Source: Candidatus Poribacteria bacterium
GTDB taxonomy: Bacteria; Poribacteria; WGA-4E; PCPOR2b
DNA: 64,000 bases
Assembly: GCA_965208675.1 (NCBI GenBank)
Contig: OZ242351.1
Location: forward strand, 977,130 to 1,041,129
Reading direction: 5' to 3'
The position numbers were made by a program, and so were the translations under genes. Positions 28,575 through 39,312 of this stretch are shown one piece after another. Under the pieces are notes generated by a model. The model did not search any database. It saw nothing but the letters and a program-made list of their open reading frames with translations, and had not been told where the DNA came from. The stretch's first letter is position 1. Every line of letters begins with the position of its first letter.

Positions 28575-30615
28575 AATTTTTCAACACCTTTTTTCCCGCT
28601 TCCAGCGTATTGATTATTGCCTCGGCGTCATAGACGCATCCTCCCCATGTACCGCCGCCGATGCTCTGGAGCGCCGCCCACAGGCGGGTATCCGTCGGAA
28701 GCATCTCGTCGGGGGCAAGGTCTGGACGCGGTAGTCTCTCAGCTAAAACTCGCCCTCCTTCTTCTTGCGCAAAGACGTCGCCGCCATGACCGACTAAATC
28801 TACACTGCCTTCCAGTCGATTCCTATCAATCACAATCCGAATAAGATCGCCGTCGATTACCTTGCCTATAGGCCCGCCAGCCAAGGCTTCAGGTCCAATG
28901 TGCCCAATGCACGCACCGGTTGACACACCGGAAAATCGGGCATCGGTAATCAGGGCGATGTGTTTACCGAAGGACAGGTGTTTTAACGCGGCGGTAATCT
29001 GATATACCTCCTCCATGCCAGTGCCCATAGGGCCGCGGCAGCAAAGCACCATTACCTCGCCCGGCCTGATTTGGTGCTTATCTCCACGCTTAATGGCGCG
29101 AATTGCATCGCGTTCCCGAACGAATACACGCGCGCGGCCAGTTATTCGGTAGACGCCATCGGGGTCAACTACGCTGGAATCGATAGCGGTACTCTTGATG
29201 ACTGAACCTTCAGGCGCAAGGTTTCCGCGCGGAAATGCCAGCGTACTCGTCAATCCACTCTCCCGCGCCGTTTCAGGGCTCATAATCACGTCGTCTGGGG
29301 AAACACCGTCACTCTCCATCAGGAAATCCCGTAGGCGTTGGCGCCTCTCAGACTTCTCCCACCAATCAAGGTTTCGCCCAAGGGTTTCACCCGTAGCGGT
29401 GACAACATCTTCCTTCAGCATGCCCAATCCTCGTAGACGAAGCATGACTTCAGGAACACCGCCAGCGAGAAAGACACGAACTGTTGGATGACCTATAGGT
29501 CCATTTGGCAATACGTCCACGAGCCGGGGTGTATTTCGATTGATACGCGTCCAATCTTCGATGGTAGGGCGTTCCAAACCCGCCGCGTGTGCAATCGCGG
29601 GGATGTGCAGGAGCAAGTTGGTAGAACCACCGAAAGCGGCATGAACGACCATCGCGTTTTGAATTGATTCGCCGGTGAGGATGGATTGCATTGTGATGCC
29701 ATTCGCTTCGAGGTTGACAAGGGCGCGCGCTGATCGCTTTGCCATATCCAACCAAATCGTTTGGCCAGACGGCGCGAGGGCAGAATGGGTAAGCGTCATT
29801 CCCAAAGCCTCTCCGACGACCTGTGAGGTCGCAGCCGTACCTAGGAATTGACAACCGCCCCCCGGTGTCGCACACGCCCTGCAACCGAGGTCAGCGGCAT
29901 CCTGTAAGGAAATCTCTCCGTGTGCGAAGCGGGCACCAATCGTTTGTATTTTTCCCGCGTCCTCGCCATCAACAGGCGGGAGCGTTACGCCGCCGGGCAC
30001 TAAAATACATGCCAAATCGGACATCGCTGCGAGCGCAATCATTGTCGCAGGCAACCCCTTATCGCAGGTTGCCACACCCATCACTCCATTGCGTGTCGGC
30101 AGCGATCTGATAAGTCTGCGGAAGACCAGTGCTGCGTCGTTGCGGTATGCTAGGCTATCCATCATTCCAACCGTGCCCTGTGTGCGCCCGTCACAAGGAT
30201 CTGAGCAATAACCCGCGAATGGAATTCCGCCGAGGTATTTAAATTCATTTGCGGCAGCTTGCATAAGCAAACCTACCTCCCAATGCCCTGTATGGTATCC
30301 AAGCGCAATCGGCGTACCATCGGGCGCACGAATTCCGCCCTGTGTGCTCAAAATGAGAAACTGTTTCCGATTCAAGTTGGCGGGCGACCAGCCCATTCCG
30401 ACATTCTGGCTTAGCGCAAACACATCTCCACTTCCCCAATTGAGTAGCATGTCCTCCGTTAGCGGTAAACTGCCTTGGGGGCCGGGTGAACTCGTCTGTA
30501 ATTCGTAGATTGCAGAGTCGTTAGAGGCAACTATTTTGTCAAATTCAATGTTTCCATCCGAAACCATGCCGATTTTCCCCTTTTCCTGTTTTCCTGTTTT
30601 CATCTTCATTTTCAT
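28573..30615 (-). CDS. IlvD/EDD-family dehydratase (Edd / sugar-acid dehydratase-like, 680 aa) with a lysine-rich N-terminal extension
   Basis: 'CDGRTQG', 'ATCDKG', 'AFGGSTN', 'LPNGP', '[10 protein letters not shown]' correspond to E. coli Edd 'CDGVTQG', 'GVCDK', 'ATGGSTN', 'LYPNGP', 'DGRLSGASG'. Confidence 0.75.
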   Translation of the reverse strand: MKMKMKTGKQEKGKIGMVSDGNIEFDKIVASNDSAIYELQTSSPGPQGSLPLTEDMLLNWGSGDVFALSQNVGMGWSPANLNRKQFLILSTQGGIRAPDGTPIALGYHTGHWEVGLLMQAAANEFKYLGGIPFAGYCSDPCDGRTQGTVGMMDSLAYRNDAALVFRRLIRSLPTRNGVMGVATCDKGLPATMIALAAMSDLACILVPGGVTLPPVDGEDAGKIQTIGARFAHGEISLQDAADLGCRACATPGGGCQFLGTAATSQVVGEALGMTLTHSALAPSGQTIWLDMAKRSARALVNLEANGITMQSILTGESIQNAMVVHAAFGGSTNLLLHIPAIAHAAGLERPTIEDWTRINRNTPRLVDVLPNGPIGHPTVRVFLAGGVPEVMLRLRGLGMLKEDVVTATGETLGRNLDWWEKSERRQRLRDFLMESDGVSPDDVIMSPETARESGLTSTLAFPRGNLAPEGSVIKSTAIDSSVVDPDGVYRITGRARVFVRERDAIRAIKRGDKHQIRPGEVMVLCCRGPMGTGMEEVYQITAALKHLSFGKHIALITDARFSGVSTGACIGHIGPEALAGGPIGKVIDGDLIRIVIDRNRLEGSVDLVGHGGDVFAQEEGGRVLAERLPRPDLAPDEMLPTDTRLWAALQSIGGGTWGGCVYDAEAIINTLEAGKKVLKN

Positions 30616-31046
30616 GGTACATTCCGTAGGGCAAATCTTCCCCGACGTTTCTCACACCTCGTTATGTTTGCGATTCAGAGTTTACCTAGGTTAGATTTAT
30701 CATTGCGGGGCCATTGATGCCTTTGTTTCGGCGTTAAGACTATCAGAAGTTTCACCGCCATGTCAATTCAATTGTCCTTTTGCTTGACAATATTGGATGG
30801 TAGTGATAATATAAAAAAGTTTAAGGGCACGGCGAACACTGTGTGATGAATTGACCGTGGGCAGAAAACGTGTTTTCTCGACGTGAATAAAAATAAAAAA
30901 CCTTCGATGACTTTAACAAATGATGTAGTGAATCACCCAAATTGTCGTGGAGCATTGCTGCCGCATTATTCTAATCAATGCGTTGGAGTGAAAATAGGCA
31001 AATTCTGATTTTAACTGACAGTGCTTTTTGATCGTATGTTCCTTTA

Positions 31047-31085
31047 AAAGCCTATTGTCGCATAAGTGATGGTAGGCTTTTTTTT
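31047..31085 (+). terminator. intrinsic-terminator-like hairpin + T-run in the 5' leader of the second thrC-like gene (candidate attenuator / riboswitch expression platform)
   Basis: AAAGCCTA (31047-54), an 18-nt loop, TAGGCTTT (31073-80), then TTTTT. Ends about 25 nt before the ATG at 31110. Confidence 0.5.
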
Positions 31086-31109
31086 CACGGTTACCGATTG
31101 GAGAGAAAA

Positions 31110-32345
31110 ATGGAAGAAAAGGTATTGGGATTGAAGTGCCGCGAATGCGATAGGAAATATCCTAAAGAGCCAATTCACGTTTGCGAATTCTGTTTTGGGC
31201 CGCTGGAAGTGGATTACAACTATGAATCAATCCAGAAATCCATTTCAAGGAAATCCATTGAACGAGGTCCTGCCAACCTCTGGCGATATATCGACCTGTT
31301 GCCTATTGACGGCGAACCTACCGATGGATTGAACACGGGTTTCACACCGCTGATTCGTGCGAAAAATTTGGAAGCAGCCCTAGGTGTCAGAGAATTGTAT
31401 GTTAAAGATGACTCCGTGTGCCATCCGACGCTGTCGTTCAAGGACCGGGTGGTTTCTGTGACGCTGAGCAAAGCGAAAGAGTTCGGCTTCGATACCGTGG
31501 CATGCGCCTCGACCGGAAACCTCGCAAACTCTGTCGCAGCGAATGCAGCCGTCGCCAATTTCGACTGTTTCATATTTATCCCGGCCGACCTCGAAATGGC
31601 GAAAATCGTTGCATCGCTGGTTTACGCGCCGACGGTGGTCGGCATTATGGGAACGTATGATGATGTCAACCGGCTCTGCAGCGAGATTGCGGGTGTATAT
31701 CCGTGGGCATTTGCGAACATCAACACCCGTCCGTTCTACTCGGAGGGGTCGAAGACTTTCTGTTATGAAATCATTGAGCAACTCGGCTGGGAAACACCGG
31801 ATAATATTGTTCTACCGGCGGCGGGCGGATCACTTGTCACCAAAGTGGGAAAAGCACTTAAGGAATTCCACATATTGGGATTGATTGATGAGCCAAAAAC
31901 AAAGATTCATGTTGCTCAAGCTGAAGGCTGCGGGCCAATTGTCACAACACTGAAGGAAAACAGTGATTTCGTCAAACCGGTTCGCCAGCCTAATAGCATT
32001 GCAAAATCACTCGCAATTGGAAATCCTGCGGACGGAATATATGCCGCCGCAACGGTACGCAATTCAGGCGGGCGCGGGGAACATACAACTGATGAGGAAA
32101 TCGTCGACGCAATTAAACTCCTTGCAGCGACCGAAGGCATTTTTACGGAGACGGCGGGCGGCGTCACGCTCGCAGCAACTCAGAAACTAATTGAGACTGG
32201 GCATATAGGCCGGGACGAGTCCATCGTTGTCGGAATTACAGGGAATGGGCTGAAAACCATCGAAGCACTCGACGGTAAAGTATCGGAACCGCATGTGATC
32301 CAACCTCAACTCAATGCGTTTCGGAAATTGATGAAAACACTATAA
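31110..32345 (+). CDS. threonine synthase-family PLP enzyme with N-terminal Cys4 zinc-ribbon (paralog 2)
   Basis: 'PTLSFKDRVVS' PLP-Lys motif. 'CRECDRKYP...CEFC'. RBS GGAGAG before ATG 31110; the ORF is open from TTG 31098. Confidence 0.75.
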   Translation: MEEKVLGLKCRECDRKYPKEPIHVCEFCFGPLEVDYNYESIQKSISRKSIERGPANLWRYIDLLPIDGEPTDGLNTGFTPLIRAKNLEAALGVRELYVKDDSVCHPTLSFKDRVVSVTLSKAKEFGFDTVACASTGNLANSVAANAAVANFDCFIFIPADLEMAKIVASLVYAPTVVGIMGTYDDVNRLCSEIAGVYPWAFANINTRPFYSEGSKTFCYEIIEQLGWETPDNIVLPAAGGSLVTKVGKALKEFHILGLIDEPKTKIHVAQAEGCGPIVTTLKENSDFVKPVRQPNSIAKSLAIGNPADGIYAAATVRNSGGRGEHTTDEEIVDAIKLLAATEGIFTETAGGVTLAATQKLIETGHIGRDESIVVGITGNGLKTIEALDGKVSEPHVIQPQLNAFRKLMKTL

Positions 32346-32364
32346 TCCTCAGCCAAAAATAGAC

Positions 32365-34623
32365 ATGGAAACGCTAAACGGCATTCTAGAACGTATCGTC
32401 TTTGAAAATGCTGAAACGGGATACGCGATTGCAAGACTTTCCTCGCGTGAATATCCCGGTGAACTAATTACTGTCGTTGGGCATGTTGCGTCAATCAACG
32501 CTGGAGAAAGCCTTCTTCTAAAGGGGTGGTGGGGCAACAATCCGAAATACGGCAGGCAGTTTCAGATTGACTCGTATGAAACCGTACTGCCTGCGACAAT
32601 TGTGGGATTGAGAAAGTATCTAGGTTCCGGGTTAATCAAAGGAATTGGGCCCGTGATGGCGGCACGGATTGTAACCCATTTCGGCATGGACGCCATGGAT
32701 GTCATTGAGAAATCGCCTGAGAAGTTAAAGTCGGTTCCCGGTATCGGCAAAAAACGCGTTGATATGATTGCGCGCGCATGGGATGCGCAGCGAGAAATCA
32801 AGAACGTGATGCTGTTTTTGCAGTCTCATAACGTAAGTACCGCCCATGCCGCCAAAATTTACAAGACTTACGAGAATGAAGCTATCCCAATTGTCCGTGA
32901 AAATCCTTATCGGCTTGCCGATGACATCTACGGCATCGGATTCAAAACAGCGGATACAGTCGCTCAGAAACTCGGTGTAGACTCCGAATCTCCAAATCGC
33001 GTCCAGGCTGGAATCAAATATGTTTTGAGTGAAAAAGCCGACGATGGCCACGTGTTTTTGTATAACGATGAATTAATCTCAGCGTGCCAAGATATGCTCA
33101 ATCTCTCAACCGATGCCATTGAGGCGGCAATCACAGAACTCACCGAGAAAAAAGAACTAATTACGGAATATATATCGTCGTTGGACCCTAAAGAAAACCG
33201 GAAACTTATCTATCTTGCACCATTTTATTATGCGGAAATCGGCGTCGCCAATCGATTAATCAAGCTACTCAACAAGGATGCGCCTCAGCCGGATATCGGA
33301 TTTATTGATTCTTCCATAGATCAGATTGAGAAAAGCATGGGAATGTGTTTTGATGAAAATCAACGGGATGCCATCAGAACAGCGCTAACGAGTCGAGTTA
33401 CTATTTTGACGGGCGGACCAGGCACAGGAAAAACGACGACGACCATCGGCATGCTTCGTCTGTTTGAATCTCTTGGGATGGAAGTTGTGCTAGCCGCCCC
33501 CACTGGACGTGCAGCGAAACGCCTGAGTGAAACAACTGGACGTGATGCAAAAACCATCCATCGCCTGCTGGAGTTCTCGCCGCAAGGCAATGGATTCAAA
33601 CGCGATTGGAACAATCCTCTAGAGAAGGATGTCGTGATAATTGATGAGATGTCAATGGTCGATTTAGTGTTGATGAATAGTCTCATGAGAGCAGTACCGG
33701 CGGACACAACTTTGATTATGATTGGGGATGTGGATCAACTGCCATCAGTCGGCGCAGGAAATGTGTTGAAAGATTTGATTGACTCCGGACGGATATCTAC
33801 CGTGAGGTTGACGAAAATATTCCGTCAGGCGCAACAGAGCATGATTGTCACGAATGCGCATCGTGTCAATCGGGGTGAATTTCCACAAATTACCGGGCCG
33901 CCGGACCGCAATTTTTTCTTCATTGAGGAAGAAGTTCCGGAGACCACAGTTGAAGTCATCTGCGACCTTGTGCACCGGCGATTGCCCGAGCACTACGATT
34001 ATCACCCAATGGACGACATTCAGGTGTTGTGCCCGATGCGCCGCGGCGTAATTGGATCAGAAAACTTCAATAAACGGTTGCAAGAGAAGCTCAATGGAAA
34101 TCCTGACGGGGTCATTCGAGGCGGCAGATCTTTTCGGAGCGGAGACAAGGTGATGCAGGTTCGCAACAATTACGATTACGGGGTTTTCAATGGGGACATT
34201 GGACGAATTACGGACGTAGATAACGTTGAGCGGCTGGTAACTATCACATTTCCCGATAAGGCCGTCCCCTATGACATGGCAGATCTGAACGAATTAGTGC
34301 TTGCATATGGCATCACGGTGCACAAATCTCAAGGCAGTGAGTATCCGGCTGTCATCATCCCGCTAATGACACAGCATTACATGATGCTGCAGCGAAACCT
34401 GCTTTACACCGCAATCACCCGGGCTAAAGAACACGTTTTGGTTGTCGGGACGAAGAGAGCACTCGGCATAGCGATACGAAATAACAGAGTTTCCGAACGC
34501 AATTCGTATCTTGCAGAACGACTTCAAGCAACGCTCCAACAGAAATCGGAAATCCCCGAGAGTTACCTAGAAATCAACGGCGGATTCGCTCCGAATATCC
34601 ATGTACCAGACCATTCCCTGTAA
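32365..34623 (+). CDS. recD2: RecD2-type ATP-dependent SF1 DNA helicase
   Basis: RecD2 N-terminal domain 'ILERIVFENAETGYAIARL'. HhH region. Walker A 'GGPGTGKTTT', Walker B 'VIIDEMSMVD'. C-terminal 'VHKSQGSEYP'. Confidence 0.85.
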   Translation: METLNGILERIVFENAETGYAIARLSSREYPGELITVVGHVASINAGESLLLKGWWGNNPKYGRQFQIDSYETVLPATIVGLRKYLGSGLIKGIGPVMAARIVTHFGMDAMDVIEKSPEKLKSVPGIGKKRVDMIARAWDAQREIKNVMLFLQSHNVSTAHAAKIYKTYENEAIPIVRENPYRLADDIYGIGFKTADTVAQKLGVDSESPNRVQAGIKYVLSEKADDGHVFLYNDELISACQDMLNLSTDAIEAAITELTEKKELITEYISSLDPKENRKLIYLAPFYYAEIGVANRLIKLLNKDAPQPDIGFIDSSIDQIEKSMGMCFDENQRDAIRTALTSRVTILTGGPGTGKTTTTIGMLRLFESLGMEVVLAAPTGRAAKRLSETTGRDAKTIHRLLEFSPQGNGFKRDWNNPLEKDVVIIDEMSMVDLVLMNSLMRAVPADTTLIMIGDVDQLPSVGAGNVLKDLIDSGRISTVRLTKIFRQAQQSMIVTNAHRVNRGEFPQITGPPDRNFFFIEEEVPETTVEVICDLVHRRLPEHYDYHPMDDIQVLCPMRRGVIGSENFNKRLQEKLNGNPDGVIRGGRSFRSGDKVMQVRNNYDYGVFNGDIGRITDVDNVERLVTITFPDKAVPYDMADLNELVLAYGITVHKSQGSEYPAVIIPLMTQHYMMLQRNLLYTAITRAKEHVLVVGTKRALGIAIRNNRVSERNSYLAERLQATLQQKSEIPESYLEINGGFAPNIHVPDHSL

Positions 34624-34757
34624 CTTTTTAGGACTTCCCCATTGCCACCAATAATTCAGGTAATCGTTGCCATGAAGCCCGAATTTGGCATATAACGCCT
34701 TTATTGAGAGCCAAGTTTCTCGGAGGGTTTGCCGCCTTTGAGATTCAAATTTAAAAT

Positions 34758-36158
34758 TTGGAGATTTGCATGAGCAATAACAACCCATATTTACAAATTG
34801 ACCGTCAGATGGTCGGTGACATCTATACATCCCGCGAAGTGATAGACAATCTCACGGTATTGTGCGACGATTTCGGCTCGCGTTTCGCAGGGACACCAGA
34901 GGAACGGAAGGCTGCAGATTTCATTGCGGAAACATTTGGACGCTATGGACTTAACGATGTGCGGTTTGAATCCTACCCTTATGCGGGCTGGTCACGCGGG
35001 GAAGGTACACTTGAAATAGTCGAGCCGATTCAGAAGCCGCTGCACTACATCTCACTTCCGTATTGCCCTGCGAGTGAGGTAACGGGAAAACTCGTGTCCG
35101 TCGGTTACGGTAGTCCTGAAGAGTATGACCGATTGGGCGAGAACATGACAGGAAACATCGTTTTGGCGGGTAGTGCTTCGAAACCTGGTTTGGGCAGATG
35201 GGTGCATCGAAAGGAAAAATATGAGCGCGCAGTACTCGGGGGCGCAAGTGCGTTCATCTTCGTCAGCGAGCACCCGGGGGTCGGTCCGGAAACAGGCAGC
35301 TTGCAAGACGACTGTGCTGCGCCAATACCGGGCATTTCAGTTTGTAAGGAAGATGGCGAGTTTCTCCAGCGGCTGATGGCTCGAAACAGATGCGTACAAC
35401 TGCGCATTTGCACATCCGATGTAAACGAGCCGCGAACATCTTGGAACATCATTGCAGACCTGCCCGGAACGGAAATTGCGAACGAGATGGTAGTTCTTGG
35501 TTGCCACTACGACGGACACGACATCTCACAGGGCGCTGTGGATCCGGCATCTGGAATGGTGCTTGTAATGGAAGCTGCGCGGGTGCTAGCGCAGTACGCC
35601 GCAAGTCGGATTAAACGAACGGTGCGGTTTATCGCCTTCGGTACGGAAGAAATTGGACTCACTGGCTCGTTTCGATACGTGGACGCTCATGTTAGCGATC
35701 TAGACAACGTACGGTTTGTTTTCAACCTTGATGCGGCTGGCGGCTCAAGCCGGAAAGGGGTTGTGCTGCATCGGTGGCTGGAGTTGGAACCGTTCTTTCA
35801 CCGCGCTGCAAACGAGATGGCGGCTGAAATCCCTGTTGGCCAAAATGTGCATCCGTACTCCGACCACTTTCCCTTTTTCCTAAAAGGTGTGCCGACCGCT
35901 CATATGGGCGATCCGGAATCCGCACCGTCAGGCAGAGGATTCGGACACACTGCTTACGACACCCTCGACAAGGTCGAACTTGTAAACCTTCGCGCGGGGA
36001 GTTCAATTGCTGCCCGATTGGCGTTACGGATAGCCGACTCCCAGGGATTTCCTGCTCAACGCCGCAGTATCAACGCAGTGCAGGAGTTGCTCGACACCGA
36101 TACCGGTATGGAAGGCTACCGTGTCGCGGCGGCGTTAAAGAAGCGCTTGCAAACATAA
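34758..36158 (+). CDS. M28-family aminopeptidase with PA domain
   Basis: 'CHYDGHDISQGAVDPASGM' and 'FGTEEIGLTGS' metal-ligand motifs. Confidence 0.7.
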   Translation: MEICMSNNNPYLQIDRQMVGDIYTSREVIDNLTVLCDDFGSRFAGTPEERKAADFIAETFGRYGLNDVRFESYPYAGWSRGEGTLEIVEPIQKPLHYISLPYCPASEVTGKLVSVGYGSPEEYDRLGENMTGNIVLAGSASKPGLGRWVHRKEKYERAVLGGASAFIFVSEHPGVGPETGSLQDDCAAPIPGISVCKEDGEFLQRLMARNRCVQLRICTSDVNEPRTSWNIIADLPGTEIANEMVVLGCHYDGHDISQGAVDPASGMVLVMEAARVLAQYAASRIKRTVRFIAFGTEEIGLTGSFRYVDAHVSDLDNVRFVFNLDAAGGSSRKGVVLHRWLELEPFFHRAANEMAAEIPVGQNVHPYSDHFPFFLKGVPTAHMGDPESAPSGRGFGHTAYDTLDKVELVNLRAGSSIAARLALRIADSQGFPAQRRSINAVQELLDTDTGMEGYRVAAALKKRLQT

Positions 36159-36225
36159 TTGATTAAAACTCGGAAATCCCACTCCAAAGGAACATGCAAC
36201 TGTTAGTCAGAAAGACCACAAAATC

Positions 36226-37239
36226 ATGACGAAAACAGAACCCGTCCAAACAGCGTTCATCGGGTGCGGCGATATGGGGCGCCACCACATTCGAGCCATG
36301 TTGCGGCAGCTGGACACAACCCACATCACCGTGGTCTGTGAACCATCACAGACGGCTTACGAATTGACGATAGACCTTTTCCAACAGGCGAATCTGGCGC
36401 CGCCGCCAAATCAACCGGACCTTGAGCGGCTTCTAGCGGACTATGGGAATCGCCTTGACGCGGCCTTTATTGTTACGCCGCACGCGTATCACCATAATCA
36501 GGCCGGGGCTTGCATGGATGCTGGGCTTGATGTGCTGGTCGAGAAACCGATGGTAGTATCCGCTGAGGAAGCGAAGAGCATAATTGACACCCGCGATCGC
36601 ACAGGGAAGCTACTGGTCGTGGCTTTTCCTGGCAGCCTTTCACCGCAAATCCGCACCGCTGTCACGATGCTTCGATCGGGACAGCTAGGTCAAATATTGA
36701 CCATCAGTGCGATTGCTTGGCAAAATTGGCGTACCGCTTTTGCCAAAACCTGGCGGCAACAGCCTGACGTTTCAGGCGGCGGTTTTCTTTTCGACACGGG
36801 GGCGCACATGTTGAATACCGTCGTTGATTTGGCCGGTGAGGATTTCGTGGAAGTTGCTGCTTGGTTTGACAACCGCGATTTAGCCGTAGACGTACTGGGA
36901 ACGGTGATGGGGCGTTTAGCGTCCGGTGTGCTAGTCACGCTGCACGGCTGCGGAGAGACCATTCCCTCATGTGCATCCGATGTGCGTGTATTTTGCCCAA
37001 ACGGTATTCTGCGCACCGGCATCTGGGGCGAGCGTTTAGAGGTTCAATACCCCGGTCAGGAACAACCAAGTGCGGTCGAAGTGCCCCCTTCTCAAGGGCC
37101 ATGGGAGCAATTTTTGGCTGTTCGTAATGGTCAGATACCTAATCCCTGCCCGCCCGAGGTAGGTTTGCGCATGGCGCACCTTTGGGATGCCATTAAGGCG
37201 TCTGCATCGCAAAATGGGATGTTTGTAAGGTGCGGCTGA
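36226..37239 (+). CDS. Gfo/Idh/MocA-family NAD(P)-dependent oxidoreductase
   Basis: N-terminal Rossmann '[17 protein letters not shown]' and 'VLVEKPM'. Confidence 0.7.
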   Translation: MTKTEPVQTAFIGCGDMGRHHIRAMLRQLDTTHITVVCEPSQTAYELTIDLFQQANLAPPPNQPDLERLLADYGNRLDAAFIVTPHAYHHNQAGACMDAGLDVLVEKPMVVSAEEAKSIIDTRDRTGKLLVVAFPGSLSPQIRTAVTMLRSGQLGQILTISAIAWQNWRTAFAKTWRQQPDVSGGGFLFDTGAHMLNTVVDLAGEDFVEVAAWFDNRDLAVDVLGTVMGRLASGVLVTLHGCGETIPSCASDVRVFCPNGILRTGIWGERLEVQYPGQEQPSAVEVPPSQGPWEQFLAVRNGQIPNPCPPEVGLRMAHLWDAIKASASQNGMFVRCG

Positions 37240-37390
37240 ACCGGAAGGCATTTGAACTAATACCTGAATAAAAGGAAGCTACAAACCTTTCACGTAAGTA
37301 ACTCACTGCTTTCGATGGATATATTGTATCAAACTCCCTCAATTCCCGCTTCGACTACAATTCAACGCAAAAAGATGAAGGGGTGAAAGT

Positions 37391-37732
37391 ATGAAAGAGA
37401 AATTACCAGATTTCCTAGAAAGGGTGATTGCAGAATATCCCGACGTGTGGAAATCCTACCAAAATCTGGGCGAATCCTGCCACAACGCTGGGCCTCTTGA
37501 TGAGAAAACCACGCGACTAGTCAAACTCGCCTTGGCGATTGGCGCGAAATCAGAAGGCGCCGTACATTCGCATACACGCCGCGCGTTAAAGTGCGGAATA
37601 ACTCGCGAGGAACTGCAACAGGTGGCTCTGCTTGCGATAACATCTGCCGGCTGGTCTCCGAGCATGGCTGCGCTTTCGTGGATTCAAGATGTCATAGACA
37701 GCAGCGAGGTGGAAATGGAAACTGTTCAGTAA
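37391..37732 (+). CDS. carboxymuconolactone decarboxylase (AhpD-like) family protein
   Basis: 113-aa CMD-fold pattern 'LVKLALAIGAKSEGAVHSHTRRALKCG'. Confidence 0.55.
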   Translation: MKEKLPDFLERVIAEYPDVWKSYQNLGESCHNAGPLDEKTTRLVKLALAIGAKSEGAVHSHTRRALKCGITREELQQVALLAITSAGWSPSMAALSWIQDVIDSSEVEMETVQ

Positions 37733-37797
37733 GCCGGAACGGAATACCTTTTTCGTGAGTAGTGTGTAGCGTGTGTAAAGGCTAAGTGTGTATATTG

Positions 37798-39312
37798 CTA
37801 AGATTCTAACTTTATCCTTAACCCTTTTGATACAACGCCGCGCTCCGCCAACTCAAACAACCCTTGAACGAGAAGCGCTAATACAGCCGCGGGAACGGCA
37901 CCTTCAAGTATGAGTCCGATATGGTCTTTGCGGATGCCGGTTAGAATTGGTTGACCGAATCCTCCCGCGCCAATTAACGCGCCGAGGGTCGCGAATCCCA
38001 CGTTTATGACAGCAGAAGTCTTGATGCCTGCGAGGATTGCCCGCGATGCCATCGGTAGTTCAACAAGCCAAAGACGGCTAAGCGGCGGCAGCCCGAGCGC
38101 TAATGCAGATTCACGGACTGGGGAGGGGATGTCATGGAGACCGGCGTATGTGTTCCGAACGATTGGGAGCAGGCTATACAAAAAGAGCGCAGCAATCGCC
38201 GGCGGGGCTTTAATGCCTAAGAGCGGAATCATAAATACGAGCAGTGCGAGTGCCGGAATAGTCTGGATAATGCCCGCGAGTCCTAAAATAACTTGTCCGA
38301 CCCGTTCCTGACGTGCTGCAATTATGCCCAGTGGAATAGATATAAGGATTGCCGGCGTAAGTGAAATACAGACAAGGAAGAGGTGGGCTAGTGTATTTTT
38401 GAGCAAGCGTTCAAGCATAGTTTCATCGTATACTTGTGTTTCAAGCGAAAGGATGGCCGCCAGGAAGTCAGCCGCAACACGATTTTCAGGAACTTTGTCT
38501 AATTTCGCACGGGCATTCATTTTGACCATTTCCGCTTCGGGGATACTATCTTCCAACTCTAGTAGAGCAGAAACTACCTTCGGTGCCCGCACTTCCAAAT
38601 CATCCCGATACAGCAGCACCGCATAATATTTGGGGAAAAGGTTCTCATCGTCCTCCAAAACCCTCAAGTTATAATACTGAATCTCTGCGTCCGTCGAATA
38701 TAGGTCTGTCGCGTGGATTGAGCCGCTCTCCAGTCCGCGGTATGCGAGATCGTGGTCCAGCCCGCGCACATCGCGGTGGGTCAAATTATAGCGAACGCGC
38801 AAGGAGGGCCAACCGTCCGCTCGGTCCATGAATTCACTTGTAAAACCAAGCTGAAGGTCAGGGTGGCGGCGTAAATCAGAGATTTTCGTGATATTATGCT
38901 TTTCGGCAACTTCCTCCTTCATGCCAATGGCGTAGGTGTTGTTAAAACCGAGAGGGCGACTCATACGGATCCCTTCTGCTTCAAGAGCACCGCGAATCTC
39001 CGCCTCGCTGCTTAATCCACTGCCTGAAAGAATTTCGTGGCTAATTGTCCCGGTGTATTCGGGATAAACATCAATGTCCCCCCTTAGTAACGCCTTCCAC
39101 AACACTTGTGTCCCGCCCAATTCCTTTTCATGAACGGCTTTAGCCCCGGCATTCTGAGTCAACAGCGCAACGAGTTCACCGAGAATAACCGATTCGGTGA
39201 ATTTCTTTGAACCAACCTTTACCTCTGTCATCTGCCTGGTATTTTGGCATGCAGGCAACACCAGTACAGTCCAAACAGCCGCTAGGAGTGGAATCAATTG
39301 CCGCAATCTCAT
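37798..39312 (-). CDS. quaternary-amine (betaine/choline/carnitine-type) ABC transporter: lipoprotein substrate-binding domain fused to permease
   Basis: Lipobox 'LVLPAC'. OpuAC-family aromatic-cage motif 'DVYPEYTGTI'. C-terminal half is 6 TM with the ABC-permease EAA-like loop 'ESALALGLPPLSRLWLVELP'. Confidence 0.8.
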   Translation of the reverse strand: MRLRQLIPLLAAVWTVLVLPACQNTRQMTEVKVGSKKFTESVILGELVALLTQNAGAKAVHEKELGGTQVLWKALLRGDIDVYPEYTGTISHEILSGSGLSSEAEIRGALEAEGIRMSRPLGFNNTYAIGMKEEVAEKHNITKISDLRRHPDLQLGFTSEFMDRADGWPSLRVRYNLTHRDVRGLDHDLAYRGLESGSIHATDLYSTDAEIQYYNLRVLEDDENLFPKYYAVLLYRDDLEVRAPKVVSALLELEDSIPEAEMVKMNARAKLDKVPENRVAADFLAAILSLETQVYDETMLERLLKNTLAHLFLVCISLTPAILISIPLGIIAARQERVGQVILGLAGIIQTIPALALLVFMIPLLGIKAPPAIAALFLYSLLPIVRNTYAGLHDIPSPVRESALALGLPPLSRLWLVELPMASRAILAGIKTSAVINVGFATLGALIGAGGFGQPILTGIRKDHIGLILEGAVPAAVLALLVQGLFELAERGVVSKGLRIKLES

